Source of the DNA: a virus | DNA length: 64,000 nt | IMG/VR virus record: IMGVR_UViG_3300030104_007872 | Location: 1-64,000 of that record | Reading direction: 5' to 3' (one strand) | Shown: piece after piece, positions 7,184 to 16,819 of the stretch | Layout of the letters: the number at the start of each line of letters is the position of its first letter | How positions within the stretch are numbered: position 1 is the stretch's first letter | Notes under the pieces: generated by a model | Told to the model about the DNA's origin: nothing | The model's input: only the letters and a program-made list of their open reading frames with translations | Databases searched by the model: none | Position numbers and translations under genes: made by a program

Positions 7184-7865
7184 ATATACTTATGAAGATT
7201 TCTCTGATGTTATTGACCTCGCTATAAAAAAGCAGAGATCGAAATGGAGATTAAATGCGGTTAAATGGTTTGACTTCGACGATGTAGAACAAATCATTAA
7301 AACCCATATTGCAAAAAAATGGCATATGTGGGATCAGGAGCGCCCGCTGGAACCGTGGATTGGCAGGATCATCTCCAATCAGTTACGAAATCTAATCAGA
7401 AACCATTACGGAAATTATGTAAAGCCTTGCACTAATTGTAAATTTGCCCGAGCGGACAATTGCAGTTTAACGTCAAGCGGCAAACAGGATTCTTCCTGCG
7501 ATTTATACGCAAAATGGGAAAAATCCAAAAAATCAGGGCTAGAGTTGAAGATCCCCCTGTCTATGGAGGATTTTACTCATGAAATTGAAAATAGAAAATA
7601 TGTTGATTTTGATTTCGGAGGCTCACTGAAAAAGCTAAATATGTATATGGAGATAAAATTAACCGCAACTCATTACATTGCTTACCGAATGTTATACTTC
7701 GAAGACTGCACCGAAGAAGATGTTGCGCGTTACATGGGTTATAAGATATCGCCACAAAAAAAGAAACTTGGATATAGACAAGTAAAAAATTTAAAAAAGA
7801 AATTCCTTGAGGTCGCCTTGGAAATTCTAAACGAACAAGACATTATAAGTGATGGATCTAACTGA
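7167..7865 (+). CDS. phage sigma-factor-like protein with a Cys4 insertion
   Basis: Region-2-like DFDDVEQ...WDQERPLEPWIGRIISNQLRNLIR; region-4-like HTH TEEDVARYMGY; CTNC...C...C. Confidence 0.7.
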   Translation: MKEGDKYTYEDFSDVIDLAIKKQRSKWRLNAVKWFDFDDVEQIIKTHIAKKWHMWDQERPLEPWIGRIISNQLRNLIRNHYGNYVKPCTNCKFARADNCSLTSSGKQDSSCDLYAKWEKSKKSGLELKIPLSMEDFTHEIENRKYVDFDFGGSLKKLNMYMEIKLTATHYIAYRMLYFEDCTEEDVARYMGYKISPQKKKLGYRQVKNLKKKFLEVALEILNEQDIISDGSN

Positions 7866-8901
7866 ACAGCAAAGTGAGTTCTTGCGTGAAAATGCAGCGC
7901 GGATACCAGATCTAATCAATTTGACTAGGCAATGTTTTGAAAACGACGCTTTAGACGGTAGATCTAAGGAGGGCAGGGCGGTAAGGAAATTTTTGGTTGA
8001 AAATTGTATTGATTTTCGCACCACATCTCGTCAACCAACCGAAAATATTGAGTTTACACGCGAACAGCGTGAATTCATACTCCAACAAGCCGAAAACGGC
8101 CTCTCTTCCCTGGAGATTGCTAGGATAGTTTTCCCCGACCGTAGGGTGTCACCCTTGAGTAATGAGCAAAGGGCAGTATTAGCTGAAATTCGTTCTGTTA
8201 ATCCTGATATTTTACCTTCACAAGATAGTGGCGCCCTCAATTCATACATTTCACCCAAGTCTACATCGAGAATCATTAAAAAAATCAATGACGCTACTGG
8301 TTTAGGCTTAGATGAATCGAAGATTAACAGACAAAAGCAAACTTGCATAGAGAAGCTTGCGGTCAATCTCTCCAACTCTAGATTTTTAAAAATTATAAAT
8401 AATTACCTCAATGTGGAAGACCGACTGCTGTTCGAGCATGAGCTTATCCGCTTAACGTGGGATAAGCCCGACTTAACGGCAGATGAGATTAATTTGTATT
8501 TAAATGTTTGCAAGGAGGTAATTAATTTGGAGGTGATTAGCTCTCACCTTAATAAATTGAATGACATGTTCGATGTAGCCGACGAACAGGCTGAAATGTC
8601 CATCAGGCTCGCGGAGATCATCAAGGCCAAGAGTTCGGAGTATCATCAGTGCGAGACGAGGATAGAAAACCTAACTAAAAAGCTTCAAGGTGATCGGGGT
8701 GAGAGAATGAAGAAGATGCAGAAGGAGAATGCTTCGTTTCTTTCTATTGTTCAATTATTTCAAGAAGAAGAAGAGCGTGAGACGATGATTCGTATTGCTG
8801 AAATGCAAAAAGAGGCCGTGCGGGAAGAAGCCGACAGATTGGAAAACATGTCGGAGTGGAAAGCTCGGGTATTAGGAATATCAAAGGATGATGCAGTTTA
8901 A
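7849..8901 (+). CDS. hypothetical HTH/coiled-coil protein, possible packaging accessory or small terminase
   Basis: 350-aa ORF with GLSSLEIARIVF HTH-like segment, in the operon leading to TerL. Confidence 0.45.
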   Translation: MMDLTEQQSEFLRENAARIPDLINLTRQCFENDALDGRSKEGRAVRKFLVENCIDFRTTSRQPTENIEFTREQREFILQQAENGLSSLEIARIVFPDRRVSPLSNEQRAVLAEIRSVNPDILPSQDSGALNSYISPKSTSRIIKKINDATGLGLDESKINRQKQTCIEKLAVNLSNSRFLKIINNYLNVEDRLLFEHELIRLTWDKPDLTADEINLYLNVCKEVINLEVISSHLNKLNDMFDVADEQAEMSIRLAEIIKAKSSEYHQCETRIENLTKKLQGDRGERMKKMQKENASFLSIVQLFQEEEERETMIRIAEMQKEAVREEADRLENMSEWKARVLGISKDDAV

Positions 8902-9895
8902 ATGCAAAGAGTGTGACCAAGAGTTCAAGTCTCTCAGGAGTCTACATGCACACATTAAAAAACATGATGTGTTATTGGGTGATTATTATGTGAAGCATTT
9001 CCAAAGAAGGGATAAGCTTACTAATGAGTTGCTTCCATTCAAGAAATATGATCAATACTTCAATATGCATTTTCTCAATGTGTCGAACATGAGAGAGTGG
9101 TGCGAAACTGCTCCTAAGGAAGATGTTGAGGATTTTGTGATTAGTTCCATTAAAAACAAGCTAACCTCGAAAGGGATCGAAGCAGGGCCACCTGCACTTT
9201 ACCTTGAAACCGCTGGATTACCTGACATAGAGATGTGCAAGAGCCTCTTTGGGAGTTATACCGAAACTTGCAAGAAGTTTGGCATGTTGCCAATGCTATC
9301 GGGGCAACTGCCAAAGTCATTTGAGAAAGACTTCTCAGACACACCCATAATAGTAGATACAAGAGAAAAGCAGCCACTGCAATTTAAAAATAGTAGGTTT
9401 TTGAAATTGGACGTTGGGGACTATGGCGTGTCGGGAGACTTTTATGATTACACCTTTGTAGACAGGAAATCTTACCAGGATTTTGCAGCAACACTAACAA
9501 CCTGCTACAGGAGATTCGTAAAAGAGATAGAGAGAGCGCGTAACTTAGGATGTTTTTTGTTTATAGTCGTTGAGTGTGGCTTTGACGATATCAATTACAA
9601 AAATAGCTCCATGTATAAAAAATTTAACTTGGGTTACCTCTATCATAACATGAGGGGCATTCAGGCTCAATATTCAGATTGCTGCCAGTTCGTCTTCAGT
9701 GGCTCCCGCGAGAAAAGCGTAGAGCTAATACCAAAGATCCTTGTTTTGGGCTCGAAGCTCTGGAATGTGGATCTGCAATATTTTTGGAACAAACAAATTA
9801 AGAAAGATGGCTTGGGAGACAGGAAAACAGAAGTTACACACGAAGTTCAAAGATATAAACCAGTATATTCTAAGCAAAGAGGGGTTTTTGGATGA
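8888..9895 (+). CDS. C2H2 zinc finger plus ERCC4/XPF-family nuclease
   Basis: CKEC...LHAHIKKH; IIVDTREKQP, LDVGDY, VDRKSYQDF and FIVVE. Confidence 0.8.
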   Translation: MMQFKCKECDQEFKSLRSLHAHIKKHDVLLGDYYVKHFQRRDKLTNELLPFKKYDQYFNMHFLNVSNMREWCETAPKEDVEDFVISSIKNKLTSKGIEAGPPALYLETAGLPDIEMCKSLFGSYTETCKKFGMLPMLSGQLPKSFEKDFSDTPIIVDTREKQPLQFKNSRFLKLDVGDYGVSGDFYDYTFVDRKSYQDFAATLTTCYRRFVKEIERARNLGCFLFIVVECGFDDINYKNSSMYKKFNLGYLYHNMRGIQAQYSDCCQFVFSGSREKSVELIPKILVLGSKLWNVDLQYFWNKQIKKDGLGDRKTEVTHEVQRYKPVYSKQRGVFG

Positions 9896-11672
9896 GACAG
9901 AGGCAAAAATTTTGCTTTATAAGTTTCTCAGGGAAAATCCATCATTTGCATCCGAACTTCTAACTGGGGTAAAATTATTCCCCTTTCAACATATGGCTAT
10001 AAAGGCCATGATGGAGTCGGATTACTTTTTGGGCATCTGGAGCCGTGGAATGTCCAAAAGCTTCTCTACGGCCATTTTCGCGCTCTTAGACGCTATTCTG
10101 AATCAAGGTGTGCAGATAGGTATTCTGTCTAAGTCTTTTAGGCAATCAAAAATGATCTTCAAAAAGATAGAGGAGATATCAAAAAGTCCCAAGGCAACCT
10201 TTTTTGCTCAGTGCATTACCCGAACCTCAAAAATGAATGATGAGTGGGTCATGGAGATAGGCAGGAGCAGTATTCGCGCTTTACCATTGGGAGATGGCGA
10301 AAAATTGAGGGGCTTTAGGTTTCAAAGAATGATTATTGATGAGTTGTTGTTGATGCCCGAAAAGATTTACAATGAAGTGATTATGCCATTCTTGTCTGTT
10401 GTAGACAACCCGACGGAACGTCAAGAAGTTTATGATTTAGAAACCGAACTGATTGAACAGGGAAAAATGAAAGAGGAGGAGAGGCGTAGGTGGCCAAACA
10501 ACAAAATCATAGGTCTTTCCTCAGCTTCTTACAAGTTTGAATATCTTTATAAGCTTTATCAACAGTATGAGCGGTTAATTCTAAACGAGAACACTCAAGA
10601 CGGCGCACATAGAACGATAATGCATTTTAGCTACGACTGTGCGCCTGAACAATTGTATGACCAGAATTTAATTAGCCAAGCTCAAACGAGCATGAGTGAG
10701 TCACAGTTCGATAGGGAATTTGGAGCTTTCTTTACGGATGATAGCTCTGGTTACTTCAAGGTTAGCAAAATGGCCGCTTGCACTCTGGCTGATGGCGAAG
10801 GCCAATCAGTTGAGGTGGTAGGCAACCCAAAAGATGAATACATCTTGGCTTTCGACCCATCTTGGTCGGAAAGTGAAAGCTCAGATGATTTTGCAATATT
10901 ACTTATAAAACTTAATAAAGACCTTAGAAAGGGCACCGTAGTTCACAGTTACGCTTTATCTGGCGCAAATCTAAAAACTCATATCAAATACATGGCGTAT
11001 TTGTTAAATCATTTCAATATAGTTGCTGTCGTGGGGGACTACAATGGGGGGGTGCAATTTATGAATTCCTGCAACGAAAGCGACATCTTCAAAAAAGTTA
11101 ATTTGAGATTAGAGACTCTCGAAGCTGATTTAGATAAAATTCCAGATTATGAAAAAAATCTTAGACGCTTAAAGAATCAATATAATAAATCATCTAGAAA
11201 ATTTGTTTTACTAAGAAAACCCACTTCGTCTTGGATTCGCTCTGCCAATGAAAGCTTGCAGTCAGCCTTTGACCATAAAAAGATATTTTTTGCGGGAGCA
11301 GCCATGGATGATGATTATAGTATTCAGCGCAAGGCGAGGATACCGATCAAAGATTTAAAATTCTTAAAAAATGATTCTAACGAGGCTTCTAGCGCTGGAG
11401 CAAGAATGATTGATTTCGTAGAGCACCAAAAGGACATGATGGATCTGATCAAAGTCCAATGCGCTTTAATTAACATAACCACTTCTGCTCAGGGAACTCA
11501 AAGTTTTGATTTGCCACCCAGCCTGAGAAAACAAAAGGGTTCTGACAAGGCTCGCAAAGACTCTTACTCTGCGTTAGTTTTAGGTAACTGGATGATGAAT
11601 GTTTACTACGATATGCAAAGCCATGAAGGGGTGACTGGACAAGAAACGTTTACCCCAATGTTTATTTCCTAA
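9807..11672 (+). CDS. terL: terminase large subunit
   Basis: LFPFQ, SRGMSKS (Walker A), LRGFR, IIDE (Walker B), LAFDPS and KDSYSAL nuclease motifs; ATG at 9807. Confidence 0.92.
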   Translation: MAWETGKQKLHTKFKDINQYILSKEGFLDETEAKILLYKFLRENPSFASELLTGVKLFPFQHMAIKAMMESDYFLGIWSRGMSKSFSTAIFALLDAILNQGVQIGILSKSFRQSKMIFKKIEEISKSPKATFFAQCITRTSKMNDEWVMEIGRSSIRALPLGDGEKLRGFRFQRMIIDELLLMPEKIYNEVIMPFLSVVDNPTERQEVYDLETELIEQGKMKEEERRRWPNNKIIGLSSASYKFEYLYKLYQQYERLILNENTQDGAHRTIMHFSYDCAPEQLYDQNLISQAQTSMSESQFDREFGAFFTDDSSGYFKVSKMAACTLADGEGQSVEVVGNPKDEYILAFDPSWSESESSDDFAILLIKLNKDLRKGTVVHSYALSGANLKTHIKYMAYLLNHFNIVAVVGDYNGGVQFMNSCNESDIFKKVNLRLETLEADLDKIPDYEKNLRRLKNQYNKSSRKFVLLRKPTSSWIRSANESLQSAFDHKKIFFAGAAMDDDYSIQRKARIPIKDLKFLKNDSNEASSAGARMIDFVEHQKDMMDLIKVQCALINITTSAQGTQSFDLPPSLRKQKGSDKARKDSYSALVLGNWMMNVYYDMQSHEGVTGQETFTPMFIS

Positions 11673-11721
11673 CATTTAAAAGTGGAAAGTTAACTTTGCA
11701 GTGTAATATAATCTGTAAAAT

Positions 11722-13716
11722 ATGGCCAAGAGAAAATATACCAAAAAGTCTGATTATTGGAAAAAGTTTGAGAACGGCGATACTCCGCAGATTTCAAAGG
11801 CGAGCGCAGTTAATGTAGAGCCTGATTTATTGGGTGAAGCTTTTTACACATCTGACGCTTCTTATACTGCTGTCTCTCATGCAAGGGCGGGTTTGGCAGA
11901 AAGCCTAAGAGGGGGAACCAGAACCAATAGGGTGGCTTATCGCAATCCAACCGATAGATTTTCAAGTATTCGGGTGGGTATGCTGCCGTATAATTATGCC
12001 ACGGATGGCGTAAACGTTAGGGATAGTATCGAACTTTGCCAAAAAGCCTACGCCAATGTTGCTGTTTTTCGCAACGCAATCGACATCATGGCGGAATTCA
12101 CAAATACAGACGTTTATCTTGAGGGTGGCACCAAAAAAAGCAGGGAATTTTTTACGGAGTGGTTTAGGAGAATTAATTTAATTAATATTAAGGATCAGTA
12201 TTTTCGCGAGTATTACCGCAGTGGCAACGTGTTCCTGTATAGGGTTGATGGTAAATTTAAGGTCGATGATTATGCAAAATTAATGAATCAGGTGGGTGCG
12301 ATAAATCCTTCGGCAAACAAGATTCCACTAAGGTATATCTTGCTGAACCCCTTTGATATTATAGCTAAGAGGGCGTCTTCTTTTGCCGTGGATGCTTACG
12401 AAAAGGTTTTGTCTGAATATGAGATGGCTAGACTCCAGAACCCTCAAACAGAAGAGGATATGGAGATTTTCCAAAGCCTTGAGCCAGAAGTGCAGAACTT
12501 GATTAAAAAAGGCTCTTACTATACGGACGGTTTAAAAATTAAACTAGACCCCTATAGACTTTCATATTCTTTCTATAAAAAGCAGGATTACGAACCTTTT
12601 GCTATTCCGTTTGGCTTTCCCGTTCTAGAAGATATCAATGCAAAGCTTGAATTAAAGAAAATGGATCAAGCGATTACCCGAACCGTTGAAAACGTGATTT
12701 TGCTTATCACTATGGGCTCTGATCCAGAGAAGGGTGGCATTAACCCTAATAATCTTAAGGCTATGCAGAACTTGTTTAAAAACGAGAGCGTGGGCAGAGT
12801 TTTGGTTTCAGATTATACAACAAAGGCTGAATTCATAATTCCCGAGCTAAACAGAGTGTTGGGGCCTGAAAAATATGAAATCCTTAATGAGGACATTAAA
12901 CAAGGTTTGCAGAACATTGTTATAGGTGAGGAGAAATACAGCGCCACTCAAGTTAAAGCTCAAATATTTATTGATAGGCTCAAAGAAGCCAGACACGGAT
13001 TCGTAAACGAGTTTCTACAGCGCGAGGTTAAGCGTGTGGCCAAAGAGCTTGGATTAAGGTCTTATCCTACGGTAAGGATGAAAGACGTGGACATGCGTGA
13101 TGAAACGCAACTAATGAAGGTGGCCACAAGATTAATGGAATTAGGTATTCTTACTCCCCAACAGGGAATGGAGATGTTCAATAATGGCCGCTTTCCAGAG
13201 GCCGAGAAAATAGCCCCAGCGCAACAGAGCTTTGTCAAGGAAAGGCAAGACGGTTTTTATAATCCTCTTGTAGGTGGCGTTCCGATGGCTACACCAGCGG
13301 GAGCGGCACCCCCTAAGAACACAACCCCCAAGCAGGCGGGCAGACCAGAAGGCACAACGGGAATACCTATTGCAGACGCGACATATTCGAGGGGGAATAT
13401 TCAAACCACAATTTATCAAATAGAGGACTTTATTTCCACAGCCACGGAGCTTGTGGGGAAAAAACTAAAGGTAAAAAAGTTAAATACATCTCAAACCGAA
13501 ATGGTTGATAATTTGTGCGAATCTATCGTTTGCGCCAAAGATAAAGAATATTGGGTAGAAACACTGCAATCTTGTGTAAAGGATTTTAGCGAAATAGAAG
13601 ATCTGGAAACCTTAGATAAGGTTTTGGATGTGTCTAGCGCTCATAACTTAGAGGCTTATCCAGCCGCAATCCTTTATCACAGCAATGAAAGACGATCCGA
13701 AAACGAAGAATGCTGA
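11722..13716 (+). CDS. portal protein
   Basis: Follows TerL; FRNAIDIMAEF, FREYYRSGNVFLY and C-terminal AGRPEG typical of portals. Confidence 0.85.
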   Translation: MAKRKYTKKSDYWKKFENGDTPQISKASAVNVEPDLLGEAFYTSDASYTAVSHARAGLAESLRGGTRTNRVAYRNPTDRFSSIRVGMLPYNYATDGVNVRDSIELCQKAYANVAVFRNAIDIMAEFTNTDVYLEGGTKKSREFFTEWFRRINLINIKDQYFREYYRSGNVFLYRVDGKFKVDDYAKLMNQVGAINPSANKIPLRYILLNPFDIIAKRASSFAVDAYEKVLSEYEMARLQNPQTEEDMEIFQSLEPEVQNLIKKGSYYTDGLKIKLDPYRLSYSFYKKQDYEPFAIPFGFPVLEDINAKLELKKMDQAITRTVENVILLITMGSDPEKGGINPNNLKAMQNLFKNESVGRVLVSDYTTKAEFIIPELNRVLGPEKYEILNEDIKQGLQNIVIGEEKYSATQVKAQIFIDRLKEARHGFVNEFLQREVKRVAKELGLRSYPTVRMKDVDMRDETQLMKVATRLMELGILTPQQGMEMFNNGRFPEAEKIAPAQQSFVKERQDGFYNPLVGGVPMATPAGAAPPKNTTPKQAGRPEGTTGIPIADATYSRGNIQTTIYQIEDFISTATELVGKKLKVKKLNTSQTEMVDNLCESIVCAKDKEYWVETLQSCVKDFSEIEDLETLDKVLDVSSAHNLEAYPAAILYHSNERRSENEEC

Positions 13717-14440
13717 ACTGAATAGTTCTGTTGAATTTTACAATGGGGAGGCGACGATCTCCATTTTCGAAAAAACTAATAAATCTGAGGCTGATTATGG
13801 CAAACCATATGCCAACCTTGACGAAGAAAAAAGAACTATCACTCTAGATCAAGATAAGAGAGATAAACAGCAATTACGCCACGAAACACTGCGCGAAATG
13901 TTGAAGCATCATGAGGATGCTGTAAAAAACGTTAAAGCTGAAATCGCAGCCCTTGAAAAGGATATGCGACAAGATCAGGGTGATATTCGTAGGGAGTCGG
14001 ATGCTAACATGAGCAAGAAGCAATACGACAAAATTGACAAGAAAGAACTCAAGCGTGACACCAAAAAAGAAAAGGTGCAACATGAGAAAGACGCAGTTAA
14101 GGATGACGAGAGCAAAATCAAGAAGCTAGACAAAGGTGCTCCGTCAGAAAAGAAGAGTGCGGAAAAGAAGGCTTTAAAGAGAGACATAAAATTTGATAAG
14201 GAGTCCAAGAAAAAAATGGAGGCCGAAACCTCCCCCAAGCAAAAGGCGGCGCTTGACAAAAACAAAGATGGCAAAATCACCAAGGAGGACTTTGAAATGC
14301 TCCGCAAGGGCAAAAAGAAGGCTGATGGAGGCTATGGCGGTGGCGACATGAAGAAAAAAATGAAGCCTAAAAAAAGCTACGCTCAACTCTTGTTGGATAT
14401 TGCTGCTGAGAGGTTTGGTAAAAAAAAAGAAGTGAACTAA
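13685..14440 (+). CDS. highly charged head protein with an EF-hand
   Basis: K/D/E-rich; canonical loop DKNKDGKITKED; lies between portal and protease. Confidence 0.7.
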   Translation: MKDDPKTKNAELNSSVEFYNGEATISIFEKTNKSEADYGKPYANLDEEKRTITLDQDKRDKQQLRHETLREMLKHHEDAVKNVKAEIAALEKDMRQDQGDIRRESDANMSKKQYDKIDKKELKRDTKKEKVQHEKDAVKDDESKIKKLDKGAPSEKKSAEKKALKRDIKFDKESKKKMEAETSPKQKAALDKNKDGKITKEDFEMLRKGKKKADGGYGGGDMKKKMKPKKSYAQLLLDIAAERFGKKKEVN

Positions 14441-14637
14441 AGGATAGTGATTTCCTTGACCCCAAAAGAAGATCTTTCCCAGTGTTGTCAGCTAGAGATG
14501 TAAAAAACGCTGTTAGTAGCTGGGGTCGATATGAGGGGTCAATGACTTTTGAAGAGTTTAAAAGCAAACTTATACGAAGGGCTAAAAAAATAGGAGCAGA
14601 AAGTGCTCTACCCAAAAGCTGGATGGACAAAAAATAA
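14428..14637 (+). CDS. startless -1-frame extension of 13685..14440 (69 aa, DUF6582-like phage head domain)
   Basis: RSELKDSDFLDPKRRSFPV...KLIRRAKKIGAESALPKSW; frame closed upstream by TAA 14419-14421 and entered through an A9 run; its stop overlaps the next ATG. Confidence 0.75.
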   Translation, partial: RSELKDSDFLDPKRRSFPVLSARDVKNAVSSWGRYEGSMTFEEFKSKLIRRAKKIGAESALPKSWMDKK

Positions 14638-16124
14638 TGGATTACAAATACACCACTACTTTTGAATCGCCTTTGCTGGCCTGTGAAATTAATGAGTCTT
14701 CATTAATATCCAAAGCTTCTTTGCAAAATTTAGCACCGCTTGTTCCCACCGACATTGATTACGATAGCAATATTGATTTGCTCGGCGTGGCCTTTAACGC
14801 TGCTGTAGTAAATAAATTTAATCGCAATGGAGACGGGATGGATACAGAAACCGCATTGCGCCATACGAAAAATTTTGTTCATAAGCCCACAAATATTGAA
14901 CACGATAAACAAAAGGTGGTTGGGCACATAGCTGCCGCTGGATTTAGTGAATTTGGATCTAACGAAATACTATCGGAAGATGCGGTCAAAGACAAAAAGG
15001 GTGCATTCAATATCGCTTTGGGAGCGGTTGTTTATAAGTCAGTCAATAAAAATTTTAGCAACCTTATTGAAAAATCTCTTAACCCTGAGGACCCTTCGTA
15101 TCAGAAGGTTTCGGCAAGCTGGGAAGTGGGCTTCAGCGACTATGTTCTAGCCTTAGGAAGTGATAGTTTAGAGGAGGCAAGAATTGTCTCTGACCCCGAT
15201 GAAATCCAGCAATTACAAGGGTTTTTGCGGAGTTATGGTGGTTCAGGTAAGACTCAAGATGGCGAGAGTATTTATAGATTAATTGTGGGTGACATCTACC
15301 CACTAGGCATCGCTTACACGCTTAATCCCGCCGCCGATGTGAAGGGTTTATATTCGGATAAAGTTGAGAACTCACATCTTTTTATAAATGATAAGCGTGA
15401 TAAAATTTCACAAAATAATGATTTTAATGTAACTAGAAAAAAGAATACTGCTATGGAAATCGAAAAAATTGTCTCAGAGCTTAAGGAACTTCTGACGGAA
15501 AAGAAATTTTCCAACGAAGCTGTCGCTTCAATGACTGACACTTTCTCTAATGCTATTAGGGAAAGGGACGAGCAATATCGTAATGATCTTGCAAGCGCCA
15601 AGTCAGAAAAGGAAGCTGTAGAAAAAGAATTTACCGATCTAAAATCTTCGGTAGCCGAACTGGAGGAGAAGCTAGGAACCGCTAATGAGCGGATTTCTGG
15701 TTTTGAGAACGAAAAGAAGGCTGAAGAAGCTGTTGCTCGATTTAACGAGCGCATGGACGAACTTGATAAAAAGTTCGAACTTGATGATCAAGATCGGGAA
15801 TTTCTTGCCAGAGAACTCAAGGAAGTCGGAGATGAGGAGTCTTACGCCTCTTTTTCTGATAAGTTGACTGTTCTTTGGAAGCATAAAGACAAAGAAACTC
15901 AGGCGGCTTTCAACGCTGAAATTGAAGCTCGCATTGATGAGGAAGTCGCAAAAAGGCTTAGCAACGCCTCCACTGAACCAGTGGAAGTTGAGGAAGCTTT
16001 GGATGCGGCAGAACAAACTGACGCTGAAATCTCCAACGCTAATGAGGCTGTTTCTTCACAGGAACCATCTCTTAGGGATAAGTTTAAAGCGGCTTTCAAG
16101 CGCGAAAACATTTCAATTTCCTAA
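14637..16124 (+). CDS. prohead protease fused to scaffolding domain
   Basis: NRNGD, NIEH...VVGHI, ASWEVGF and TLNPAADV protease motifs; acidic coiled-coil C-terminal half. Confidence 0.85.
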   Translation: MDYKYTTTFESPLLACEINESSLISKASLQNLAPLVPTDIDYDSNIDLLGVAFNAAVVNKFNRNGDGMDTETALRHTKNFVHKPTNIEHDKQKVVGHIAAAGFSEFGSNEILSEDAVKDKKGAFNIALGAVVYKSVNKNFSNLIEKSLNPEDPSYQKVSASWEVGFSDYVLALGSDSLEEARIVSDPDEIQQLQGFLRSYGGSGKTQDGESIYRLIVGDIYPLGIAYTLNPAADVKGLYSDKVENSHLFINDKRDKISQNNDFNVTRKKNTAMEIEKIVSELKELLTEKKFSNEAVASMTDTFSNAIRERDEQYRNDLASAKSEKEAVEKEFTDLKSSVAELEEKLGTANERISGFENEKKAEEAVARFNERMDELDKKFELDDQDREFLARELKEVGDEESYASFSDKLTVLWKHKDKETQAAFNAEIEARIDEEVAKRLSNASTEPVEVEEALDAAEQTDAEISNANEAVSSQEPSLRDKFKAAFKRENISIS

Positions 16125-16157
16125 ACAATCACTTTAATTTAACACAAACATAATATT

Positions 16158-16787
16158 ATGGCTCTTCGAATTTTACCATTCAGACAATATGACGACAATG
16201 ATGTCGTGAACCTCTATGCGATGGAAAACGCTGGGGTGAACGATGCCACTACGGATGCGGGCTCTGGCGATGCTGGAGTTTTCGTAAACATTCTTGACGG
16301 CGACTTCAATAAAGATCCTGTAACATACCAAACGAACTCTTATCTGGGTGACTCCAGCTTTCCGTATCTTGGTTCTACAGAGATGTATCCTGAAGTTAAC
16401 CTCAAAGTTACTCCAGCAGCTTCAGGAACACATCCTCTTGGACTTACCCTGCTTCAGACTGCAAAGAACGACGAAAACGGAGAAAAACTTCTCTATAACC
16501 CAACCAAAGCTACTGAGCTTCAAGCCCTACTTCCAGGGCAAGCAGTTCCAGTTGCCACCAAGGGTATCTTTACTCTTGCAACTGAGGCTTTTGAAGGCGC
16601 AGCTAATCTCTACACCATCGGATCAGGAGTAAGAATTTCTGATCAGGGTGGAGGAAAAATCACTGGCTGTCACCATCACCACCACGGACATATTGGCCAT
16701 GTTCTTGGAACTGGTTCGCGGACCTCTGAGGGGCCAACCACGGATCAATTCGCTGGAGATTATCTAGTTATTGGTTTAAAAATCTAA
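16158..16787 (+). CDS. capsid decoration/cement protein
   Basis: Between scaffold and MCP; GQAVPVATKGIFTL; His-rich loop. Confidence 0.7.
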   Translation: MALRILPFRQYDDNDVVNLYAMENAGVNDATTDAGSGDAGVFVNILDGDFNKDPVTYQTNSYLGDSSFPYLGSTEMYPEVNLKVTPAASGTHPLGLTLLQTAKNDENGEKLLYNPTKATELQALLPGQAVPVATKGIFTLATEAFEGAANLYTIGSGVRISDQGGGKITGCHHHHHGHIGHVLGTGSRTSEGPTTDQFAGDYLVIGLKI

Positions 16788-16819
16788 TTCAACTCTTCCT
16801 TAAGAAAGGCTCAATCAAA

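Noticed and set aside
14367-14630. 87-aa minus-strand ORF
   Set aside because: Antisense to the plus-strand frameshift extension, which is protein-like and coupled to the protease start
16671-16685. His run as a cloning tag
   Set aside because: Internal, five residues, continues as GHIGH, and no vector sequence is nearby
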